Assembly (NCBI GenBank): GCA_028289375.1
Contig: JANQQK010000035.1
Span: 113,497-177,496 of the forward strand
Direction of reading: 5' to 3'
Source of the DNA: Phycisphaerae bacterium
GTDB taxonomy: Bacteria; Planctomycetota; Phycisphaerae; UBA1845
DNA length: 64,000 nt
Numbering within the stretch: position 1 is the stretch's first letter; every line of letters begins with the position of its first letter. The notes under the pieces are model-generated. The model did no database searches and was not told the DNA's origin. It worked only from the letters and a program-made list of their open reading frames with translations. Of the stretch, positions 26,003 through 35,000 are shown in pieces. The translations under genes and the position numbers were made by a program.

Positions 26003-28741
26003 ATGCTTGAGGGAATGGTTGGTTTGAAGATGCGCGGGCTTGGCGATCGAAGATGGCTGGTACTCGTGACGGTCGCGTGCCACTGCGGATTGGTGTTCGG
26101 CGATGAGGCTGGACGCTCGCCCGGAATCGGCGGACCTCATGCCCTCAAGCATCACAGCACCGGAGCCGATTGGATCGGACCACCGGGACCAATGTATGTG
26201 TCACCATCTGAGACGGTGCCCGATATCCACAACGCTGCCGCGGACGTGATGGCCGATGATGTTCTGCCTGAACGCGTGAGCGTGCTGGTCCAATTTCAGC
26301 CTGTTGGGGACGGCGTCACGGAGGCGATGTCACGCACGCGCCGTTCGCGCGTAGATCGCTGGGCGAAGGATGTCGGCGGCCGACAGAAGTACGTCTACAA
26401 GACCGTCTTGCCCGATACGGTCAATCTGCGCGACATTCCGACAACACAAATCCGCGAACTGGAGCGCCTTCCGGGTGTCGTGAAGGTTGAGCGGGATCAG
26501 CTGATGCATGCACACCTCACCGTGAGCACGCCGATGATTCGGGCGCTTCAAAGTCAGATCAGCGCCGCGGGGCTGTCGGCAGATGGCAGCGGCGTGCGTG
26601 TTTGCGTGATCGACACGGGCATCGATTCGGACCACGTGATGTACGGCGATCGTGTCGACACGGCGGCGGGTCGAGACTTTGCCAACGATGACAACGATCC
26701 CGAAGACGACAACGGACATGGGACGAACGTGGCTGGCATCGCGGTTGGCGGTGTTGGTATTTCCGACGAACGCTGTGGCGTGCCGACGACACTCCAGGGG
26801 GTTGCGCCAGCGGCGACGCTGGTCGGCATCAAAGTGCTCGGCGCGTCGGGAAGTGGATTCACGTCGGACGTCATCGCGGGAATCGACTACGCAGCCGATC
26901 AGTCTGCTTCCGGCGGTCGCTGCGATGTGATCAACCTCAGCCTCGGGGGTGGCGTGTTTGGTGGGGCGTGCAATGGCGAAAGCTCGGCCATCGCCGCCAA
27001 CAACGCGGTGGCCAACGGCGTCGTGGTCGTGGCATCTGCCGGAAACGAAGCGAATGCAAACGCGCTCGGGTCGCCCGCGTGCGCATCGGATGCGATTGCG
27101 GTGGGAGCCGTGTTCGACGATGACTTTCCGAACTGCGAGCACGATGATTCGAGTTTCTCATGGTGTGCCAATGCTCAGTGCACCGAGATCCTGTGCACCG
27201 ATACGAACATCACCGCTGACGCGCTGATCTGCTTCAGCAATCGCACCGATCAGCTCGATGTCACGGCGCCGGGTTGCGTCTCGACATCTGCCGGCGTCGG
27301 TTCGGGGGGAACCGGACTGGTCGGTCAGTGCGGGACGAGTCAGGCTGCACCGCATGTGGCTGGCTTGGCGGCTTTGCTGCTGAGCGTGGATCCGACACTG
27401 ACGCCCGCGGAGGTCCGTCAGATCATCCGCGACGGAGCCATTGATCTGGGGCCGCCTGGCTTCGACATCGGTTATGGATACGGACGAATCGACGCGATCG
27501 ACGCACTCTCGCTGCTGGCACCTTGCGTTGGCGATGGGGATTGCGACGACGGCGATGCCTGCACGACCGATACGTGCGTGGCTGGCAGCTGCACCAATGT
27601 TGCGATCGCATGCGGAGCAGATGATACATGCGTGAACGGCGTATGCGAAGCGCTCGGCGCCTGCTGCCAGGGATCGTTGTGTGATGTTCGGGCGACGTCT
27701 GAATGCGCGTCACTGTCGGGCGTTTTCCTCGGGGGTGGATCTGTTTGTGGAAGCGGTGCAGCCAACAACCCGACAACGTACACAGCGACACCCGATGTCG
27801 CGATCCCTGATGGGGGTGGCATTGGCAATCCGGTGAGCGACACGATTGTCGTGCCCGACTCCTTTCCGATCGGCGACATCGATGTCAGCATCACGATCAC
27901 GCACACGTGGGTCGGCGACGTCACGGTCTCGCTCGAGCATGACGGAACGAGTGTCACCTTGATCGATCGGCCGGGCGTACCGGATTCCACATTCGGCTGC
28001 GATTCCAGCAACTTCGACGGCATGGTGCTCGATGACGACGGGACAGGTGGCGCGATCGAGTCGCAATGCCAGACGAACCTCACATCGCCACCAAACTACA
28101 CACCGAACAACGCGCTGGCCGCCTTCAACGGGATGGACGCCGCGGGCGCATGGACGATCACAGTCTTTGACAGCGCAACGCCCGATCCGGGAACGCTGAA
28201 TGCGTGGTCGCTCGCAATCGACGGCCTTGGGTTCAATCCCTGCACATCCCTTTGTGCGGATGCATCGGCGTGTGATGATGGACTTTTCTGCAACGGTATG
28301 GAGACGTGCGATCCAGCCAACCCTTCGGCTGATGCGTTTGGCTGTGTAGCGGGTGTCGCACCGGTTGTGGATGACGGCGTCGCGTGCACGATCGACTCGT
28401 GCGATGAGGACACGGACACGGTGTTGAACGTCGCCGACGACGCACAGTGTCCCGGTGCGTGCGATCGTTGCGATCCGATCAGCGGTTGTTGGCATTGCCC
28501 GTTCGATCTCGATGGAGATGCAGACGGGGCGATCGGCACCGGCGACTTCGGACTGTTCACCGGGTGCTTTGGCCAGGTCTATCTCCCCGGTGATGCTAAT
28601 TATGATACCTGTCTGTTGTCGAACTTTGACGGCGAGGTCGACAGCGAGACGGGCGCGTACAACGTCGGCACTGGTGATTTCGGCTTGTTCAGCAGTTGCT
28701 TCGGGCTGACTTGCGAAACGTGCGTTCTCTGTACACCGTGA
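26003..28741 (+). CDS. Secreted S8 subtilisin-family serine protease with an I9-like propeptide, a proprotein-convertase P-domain and a dockerin-like C-terminus
   Basis: The catalytic residues lie in D (VCVIDTGIDSDH), H (DDNGHGTNVAGIA) and S (GTSQAAPHVAGLAALLL). The P-domain-like block is PIGDIDVSITITHTWVGDVTVSLEHDGTSVTLIDRPG...GAWTITVFDSATPDPGTLNAWSL. A Cys-rich C-terminal double loop follows. The start could also be ATG 26030. Confidence 0.85.
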   Translation: MLEGMVGLKMRGLGDRRWLVLVTVACHCGLVFGDEAGRSPGIGGPHALKHHSTGADWIGPPGPMYVSPSETVPDIHNAAADVMADDVLPERVSVLVQFQPVGDGVTEAMSRTRRSRVDRWAKDVGGRQKYVYKTVLPDTVNLRDIPTTQIRELERLPGVVKVERDQLMHAHLTVSTPMIRALQSQISAAGLSADGSGVRVCVIDTGIDSDHVMYGDRVDTAAGRDFANDDNDPEDDNGHGTNVAGIAVGGVGISDERCGVPTTLQGVAPAATLVGIKVLGASGSGFTSDVIAGIDYAADQSASGGRCDVINLSLGGGVFGGACNGESSAIAANNAVANGVVVVASAGNEANANALGSPACASDAIAVGAVFDDDFPNCEHDDSSFSWCANAQCTEILCTDTNITADALICFSNRTDQLDVTAPGCVSTSAGVGSGGTGLVGQCGTSQAAPHVAGLAALLLSVDPTLTPAEVRQIIRDGAIDLGPPGFDIGYGYGRIDAIDALSLLAPCVGDGDCDDGDACTTDTCVAGSCTNVAIACGADDTCVNGVCEALGACCQGSLCDVRATSECASLSGVFLGGGSVCGSGAANNPTTYTATPDVAIPDGGGIGNPVSDTIVVPDSFPIGDIDVSITITHTWVGDVTVSLEHDGTSVTLIDRPGVPDSTFGCDSSNFDGMVLDDDGTGGAIESQCQTNLTSPPNYTPNNALAAFNGMDAAGAWTITVFDSATPDPGTLNAWSLAIDGLGFNPCTSLCADASACDDGLFCNGMETCDPANPSADAFGCVAGVAPVVDDGVACTIDSCDEDTDTVLNVADDAQCPGACDRCDPISGCWHCPFDLDGDADGAIGTGDFGLFTGCFGQVYLPGDANYDTCLLSNFDGEVDSETGAYNVGTGDFGLFSSCFGLTCETCVLCTP

Positions 28742-28743
28742 TG

Positions 28744-31092
28744 TCAGCCACTGTCGGACGCCGTGATGGCGCGGGCTTTGTCGAGAATTGTGTTCAACTT
28801 CTCGGTGGCCTCGAACCAGAGCAAACCGGCGTGTGATGTCACGGTGAATGGCTGGGATGCCAAGTTGCCGTCGGCCACGAGTTGCTCGGCCTTTTTGAGT
28901 TGGTGTCGGGCAGCTTCGTCTTGCCCGAGTTGAGCGTGGGCGGCAGCACGGATGGCGTGGCACAGAGCGGGGGATTCACCGGCCTTCAGCGCGGCGTCGG
29001 CATGCTTGATGGCGGGTTCGTGATCGCCGCCAAACAGATAGGCTTCTGCCAGGATGCGGTCGGCCCGTGGTTGAGCGGTTTCCGACACGAGTTTGGCGGA
29101 CCTGGCCCAGTCGATGGCTTGGTCGACCTTGCGATCGGCCAAATTGACTTTGGCGGTCAGAAGAAACGTTCCCAGATCATTTGAATTGAATGACTTGGCA
29201 AGGGTGAGCGCGTTACCCGCGTCGACGAGTTCGCCGCGTGCGATTTGCACCGACGCCAATGTTCGCCATGCGAAGTTTCTGACATAGTCGCTTTGCGCGA
29301 GTTTCGTCGCGCGGGTCAGATGCTGGAGTGCCGCGTCCAGATCAAGTTGATGGGCGTCGGCGATGCCGAGATTGATCCAGGAGGCTGCGTTGGCTTCATC
29401 GAGACCTGTGGCCTTTTCAAAGGCGGACCGCGCCGATGCCATGTCGCCGGAGATCTTGAGGATCACGCCCTTGTCGCTCCACAGCTTCGCGTCGTTCGGA
29501 CGATCGGCCAATGCGCGGTCGAGCAAGTCGTTCGCGCGCGCCAGCCATTCCGCGTCGGGATCTTCTGCGGCGTTGTAGCGTTCCTTGAACATGATGGCAT
29601 AGTTGTTGAGGGCATCAATGCTGCCTGGATTCCAGCTGAGCGCCCGTTGGTAGCGTGACTCCGCCTGCTCCCAGTTGCGCTCGTCCACGAAACGCAGTGC
29701 TTCGTTGACCAGGTTTTCGACCTGTTTGCCCCGGTACGCACCCCACAGCATCACGATCAGGCCAATCGACGCCATCAGCAATGCCGTGGCTGCAATGGCA
29801 GTGACAAGGGCGCGGCGACGCTTGACGAACTTCATGGTCCGCGCGATCGGACCGGGTTGCTTGGCGACGACGGGCAGATCGTTGATGTACCGCCGAAGGT
29901 CTTCGGAGAACGCACGGGCTGTGTCGTAGCGCGCCTCGGGCGACTTCTCCATCGCCTTCATGCAGATCGTTTCCAGATCACGCGGGACGCCCGGCGCGAT
30001 TCTGCGCGGCGAAATCGGATCCTTTGTGACGATGTGCCCGAGAATCTCCTTGTCGTCGGCACCGGGGATGGCTGGCTTCATCGTGAGCAGCTCGTACATC
30101 GTCGCGCCAAGCGAGTAGATGTCCGTCCGATGATCAATCCGCATGCGTCTGGCCATCGCCTGTTCCGGGCTCATGTAACGCAGCGTGCCGAGCAGGGAAC
30201 CGGTGAGCGTCACCGAGTCTTCGTTGACGTCCTTGGCCAATCCGAAATCGGCGATCATCAAACGCCCGTCGATCGACAGGATCAGATTGCTCGGTTTGAT
30301 ATCGCGGTGAATGATCCCCTCGCCGTGGGCGTAATGGAGGGCATCGGCTGCGTCGGCCATCCATCGGGCAACCTGCCGAAAGTACACGCGACCCCGCCCC
30401 ATCGACGACGCTCCCGAAACCGATTCGGAATCGTGATGCACGGTCTCGGCGTCCGTCGGATCGATCGCCGACACTTGAGACACCGGCACGATGTTCTGCA
30501 GCATCTCCGCCAATCTGGCGGGCGACGCGGTCGACGCGCTTGTTTCCGAGAACCGTTTGATCACGAGATTGAGCGGCTGGCCTGAGACGAGTTCCATGGC
30601 GCAAAAGTGCGCGTCGGCCGACTCACCAAAGTCGTAGATTGGGATGATGTTCGTATGGTGCAGGCGGGCGGCGGCGGTGGCTTCGCGGCGGAAACGGGCG
30701 ACGGCGCTGGGGCTTGCACTGCCGACCATGGCGGGCAGAACCTTGAGTGCGACCGCGCGATTCAAGCGTGTCTGAACAGCCCGGTAGACGATGCCCATTC
30801 CGCCCTGACCCAAAACGCCCGTGATGCGGTATCCGTCAACATTCGGATAGTTCTTGGGCCTCTCCGTGGACTGGTCGAACGCGACGGTCTCGTCGTCACC
30901 GGCGGCGGAGGGCTCTTTGGCGAACATCTTTCGGACATCGTGCGCCAGGGTTTCGTCGCTCTTGTGCTGCTCAAACCGCTCACGACATCGCGCGCATCGG
31001 TCAAGATGCTCGTGGAGCCGCGTATCCACGGTCTCGTCCGGTCCCGCGGACAGGATCGACTCGAAATCGGCAAGGGTGAGACACGCATCCAT
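28744..31092 (-). CDS. Transmembrane Ser/Thr protein kinase with an N-terminal ZAS-like (H-x3-C-x2-C) segment and an extracytoplasmic TPR domain
   Basis: The N-terminus is MDAC...HEHLDRCARCRERF. The Hanks kinase motifs are GQGGMGIVYRA, VALKVL, HRDIKPSN, DFGLAK and SPE. One TM helix is followed by multiple TPR-like repeats to the C-terminus. Confidence 0.85.
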   Translation of the reverse strand: MDACLTLADFESILSAGPDETVDTRLHEHLDRCARCRERFEQHKSDETLAHDVRKMFAKEPSAAGDDETVAFDQSTERPKNYPNVDGYRITGVLGQGGMGIVYRAVQTRLNRAVALKVLPAMVGSASPSAVARFRREATAAARLHHTNIIPIYDFGESADAHFCAMELVSGQPLNLVIKRFSETSASTASPARLAEMLQNIVPVSQVSAIDPTDAETVHHDSESVSGASSMGRGRVYFRQVARWMADAADALHYAHGEGIIHRDIKPSNLILSIDGRLMIADFGLAKDVNEDSVTLTGSLLGTLRYMSPEQAMARRMRIDHRTDIYSLGATMYELLTMKPAIPGADDKEILGHIVTKDPISPRRIAPGVPRDLETICMKAMEKSPEARYDTARAFSEDLRRYINDLPVVAKQPGPIARTMKFVKRRRALVTAIAATALLMASIGLIVMLWGAYRGKQVENLVNEALRFVDERNWEQAESRYQRALSWNPGSIDALNNYAIMFKERYNAAEDPDAEWLARANDLLDRALADRPNDAKLWSDKGVILKISGDMASARSAFEKATGLDEANAASWINLGIADAHQLDLDAALQHLTRATKLAQSDYVRNFAWRTLASVQIARGELVDAGNALTLAKSFNSNDLGTFLLTAKVNLADRKVDQAIDWARSAKLVSETAQPRADRILAEAYLFGGDHEPAIKHADAALKAGESPALCHAIRAAAHAQLGQDEAARHQLKKAEQLVADGNLASQPFTVTSHAGLLWFEATEKLNTILDKARAITASDSG

Positions 31093-31166
31093 GGACGATC
31101 GTCCGAAAGGGCGAAGGAAATGTGGGCATCCAGCAGGATCAGCCGCACGACATCACGCGGTTGGCC

Positions 31167-31174
31167 ATTATACT
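31167..31174. promoter_or_regulatory. Back-to-back -10-like boxes in the kinase/sigma divergent intergenic region
   Basis: The octamer ATTATACT reads TATACT on + (31169-31174, toward the sigma gene) and TATAAT on - (31172-31167, toward the kinase gene). It is the only A/T-rich stretch in the 142-bp spacer. Confidence 0.3.
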
Positions 31175-31234
31175 GGTCGTCGGATCGCGTGGTACTGATT
31201 GGAAAAACCACGGACTCAGGGCCGATACCCGAAG

Positions 31235-31813
31235 ATGGACTCAACGCATCAAAGTCTGCTGATTCGCATTCGCGACCGGGAAAACGAGGACGCGTGGCGA
31301 ACCTTCCACACGATCTACTCACCCTTTCTCTATCAGTACGTCCGTCGCCGAGGCCTCCAGCATTCGGACGCCGAGGACATCTGCAGCCACTGCATGTCCG
31401 CCGTTGCAAAGAACATTGAACGGTTCAATTACGATCGGCAGCGTGGGGGGTTTCGGAATTGGCTTCGCAGGACAGCCATCAACCGCATCATCGACGTTCA
31501 GCGGAAAAAGAAGGTGGCGCTGGCGGACGTTCAGCAGTTCGAGCAATCGCTGACCGAGGACTTGGATCTCGATCGGATCTGGCAGGAGGAGTGGGCGGAT
31601 CGCCGACTCAAGCTCTGCGTCGACCGGGTGCGTGAGCGGGTGGCGGAAATGACGTTTCAGGCGTTCTATCTGCTGGTCGTGCAGGACAAGTCGGTCGAGG
31701 ATGTCTGCGGCATGCTCAGCCTGAACGCCAACCAGGTCTACAAAGCCAAGTCGACGGTCTTGCGGCATCTGCGCGAAGAAATGGCGGCTTTTGACACCGA
31801 AACGGCCGGCTGA
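31235..31813 (+). CDS. ECF-type RNA polymerase sigma-70 family factor
   Basis: The sigma2 region is AWRTFHTIYSPFLYQYVRRRG...FRNWLRRTAINRIIDVQRK. The sigma4 HTH is SVEDVCGMLSLNANQVYKAKSTVLRHLRE. The ATG at 31235 is preferred over TTG 31199. Confidence 0.85.
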   Translation: MDSTHQSLLIRIRDRENEDAWRTFHTIYSPFLYQYVRRRGLQHSDAEDICSHCMSAVAKNIERFNYDRQRGGFRNWLRRTAINRIIDVQRKKKVALADVQQFEQSLTEDLDLDRIWQEEWADRRLKLCVDRVRERVAEMTFQAFYLLVVQDKSVEDVCGMLSLNANQVYKAKSTVLRHLREEMAAFDTETAG

Positions 31814-32017
31814 GCGGTTTTCCCGCCTGATTTGGCAGATTATTGGACCGATGCCGACCGGCTGATTCCCATCGCCCGACAGAATTCCCTACAATGGCGG
31901 TCAGAATCCGGAGGGGCTTTCCGTATCGGTAGCTGGACGGATGGGGACACACAAACGTCGCGTGGTGGCCGCTGCGCATGGTCCAACGTGACTTGGTTTG
32001 ATGGGAGATGCTGCGCC

Positions 32018-35000
32018 ATGAGTCGCATGCGGGTGATGAGGCTGCCGTTTTTTCTGTGGGCCGGGGTCTTTTGTGTTGGGATGTCTCGACCGGTGTTGGC
32101 GGTCGATCGCATCTGGGATCAGCCAACGTTCGGAATCTTCGAGTTCGGCAGCAGTTGGCAAGGCGGGGTCGTGCCAGGGCCGAACGACACTGCCGTCTTT
32201 GGTGCCACACCGACCGTTTCGTTTGCCCCGGTGACCGTGCAATTTGAATTCGGCGCCAACGTCGGCGGGATGACCGTCGAGTCGGGCGACTACACGTTGA
32301 TCGCGGTGACGAACAACCTGTCGTTCAACGTCAGCGGAGCAGTCGATGTCGGCACACGTCGATCGGCCCAAGGCCCTGATCTTAGCTCAACAGCTGACCT
32401 GACGTTCGATTTCTCGGGTGGGCTGACGATGGGATCGGTCACGATTGGTATCGATCGTGGGTTTGGACCACGTGATGGCAACGTCAGCGTGACAAGGTTC
32501 ACACAGCTATTCAGTAGCGACCTGTTCATCGGACGTTCCGCTGACGCGACCGGAGAGGCAACGGTCCGGAATTCGAACGCGAGCTGGAACGTGACGAACG
32601 GTGCTTTCGTCGGGCAGGCGGGGACAGGCTTCCTCGACGTCGTGCAGAGCGGTCGCCTGTTGGCTGACAGCATGGAAGTCGCCACCGAATTGACTGGCAG
32701 TGGAACGGTCAACGTCAACGGTCAGGGTTCGCGGATCGAGACAGAAAAGAGCGTCGAGGTCGGCGTCCGCAGCGAGGGCAACATGTTCGTGACACGTGGC
32801 GGCATGGTGACGACGAACACCTTTGCTCGACTGGGCACCACAGCGCCGGCCATTGGAAACGTCGTCGTCAACGGGTCGGGAACCTCCTGGACTGTTCAGA
32901 ATTCCATGGAGGTTGGCGCTTCGGGCACGGGGACACTCACCGTCGCCGGCGGCGGTGTGGTGGCCGCGGAAACAGCGAACACCGGAACATCGCCCGGAGG
33001 CGAGGGTACGATCATCGTCACGGGCCCCGGTTCGACATTCGTGACAGAACTCCAATTGTGGACCGGGCTGGGCGGAGATGGCGAGCTTCGCGTCGAGGAC
33101 GAAGGCACCGTCAACACCAACACGTGGGCGAGACTCGCGGAATTGGGCGCAGCCACCGGATTGGCGTTTGTGGATGGCGCGGGCAGCGACTGGAACATCA
33201 ATCAGACCCTTGACGTGGGCTATCGTGGTCACGGAGAACTCAGCATCACGAACGGCGGTCGCGTCTTTGCCAACAGTGCCGACACCGGAACACAAATCGG
33301 ATCGAACGGGTTGATCGCCGTGATCGGCGACGATTCATCATTTGAAACGGAAACGGAACTTCGTATCGGCAATCGTGGCGTCGGGGACCTGCAGATCGCG
33401 GACGGCGGCTTGGTCGAGACCAATGCGTTTGCACGCATCGGCGAGGCGACTACGTCGTTCGGGACCGCAGATGTCACCGGAACTGGAAGCCGCTGGAACA
33501 TCTCCGATTCGTGGGCCGTCGGCTGGCAAGGCCCCGCAATTGCGACCTTTAACGATGGCGGTTTCGTATCAGCCAATGACCTGACGATCGCACGATTCGA
33601 CGACAGCTTCGGCAGCCTTGAATTCAACAGCGCATCCGCGTCCATCAGCACGTTCATCAACGTTGGCGCGAACTCGGCCGGGGAGATGAATCTCTACGAC
33701 GGCAGCAGCGTCAACAACGACGGATTCAGTCGCATCGGCGGAAGTCAGCAGGCGGACGGGAGTGTCATCGTCTCGAACTCGACGTGGGACATGGCTGGCT
33801 TCTTCCAAATCGGTTGGCAGGGCGCCGGCGCGCTCGACATCAATCAAGGTGGACATGTCTCGTGCGATTGGGTTCGTGTGGCGGAATTCGAAGGATCGAA
33901 TGGGTTCGTATCGGTTGATGGAACTGGCTCATCGCTGCAGGCGGCTGGGTTCCTGAACGTCGGCAACAAGGACATCGGCTCGATGTTCATTACCGATGGC
34001 GGCAATGTGACCGCCAACAACAGTGTCATCGGCAACGACCAGACGGGCATCGGCGAGATCTACGTCAGTGGAAAGGGAGCCAAGCTGTCGCTCACGAATC
34101 AGCTTCGTGTCGGTGGTCGCGGCGACGGGCTGCTGGATATTCGCAACGGGGGACAGGTGAGCAATACCTGGTGTCGCGTCGGCGAATCGGCTGGCGGCCT
34201 TGGGGATGTGACCGTCAGCGGCCCATCGTCATCCTGGATCAATACCGATTTCGTCGACGTTGGCCCCAACGGTGTCGGCAAGGTGCATCTTGAGAATGGC
34301 GGTCGCATTTCGTCGCCCAACTTCCGCATCAACAAGTTCGGGCTTGTCGACGGCGACGGGAAAATCGAGGCACCGGTAATCAACCTCGGCCTGTTTGCCG
34401 CGGGCACGCAGGGCGGTGTCGAAATCACTGGTGACTACACCCAGGCAGCGGACGGCTCCATGTTGATCACGATCGATGATTCGTCGTCGCTTGCTGCCAG
34501 CAGTCTGCTGCGGGTCGAGGGAACAGCTTTTCTTGGCGGCACGCTGGAGATTGACTTCGAGGAAGGGTTCACACCATCGCCGGGCACGACCTACACGGTC
34601 ATGACATTCGCATCGCGCGTCGGCAAATTCGCGGCGTTCGACTGCGTGGGCTTTGAGAACGATGATGTTCTCTCCATCAAGTACACAAAGACGAGCGTCG
34701 AATTGGTGGTGGTCGAGCCCTGCGGGCCAACATGCTACGACTTGTCGGCGGATTGCGACGGCGACGGCATCGTGGACGCCTGCCAGATATCCGACTGCCC
34801 AGGTGAAGACCCGAGCTGCCAGGATTGCAACAACAACCTCATCCCGGACAGTTGCGACCTCGAAGCCGGCACAAGTTCAGATACCGACAGCAACGGGGTT
34901 CCAGACGAATGCGTCGGCTGGGACGGCGGTGGAAAAACCAACCGTTGGAGCGATGCAGCAAACTGGGACGACGATACGGTCCCCAACAACACCGTTGAAC

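Noticed and set aside
32480-34340. Regular periodicity at the DNA level that could be mistaken for a repeat array or CRISPR
   Set aside because: The periodicity is in-frame protein repeats inside one long ORF. The units are diverged, about 150-180 bp long, and have no spacer/repeat alternation.
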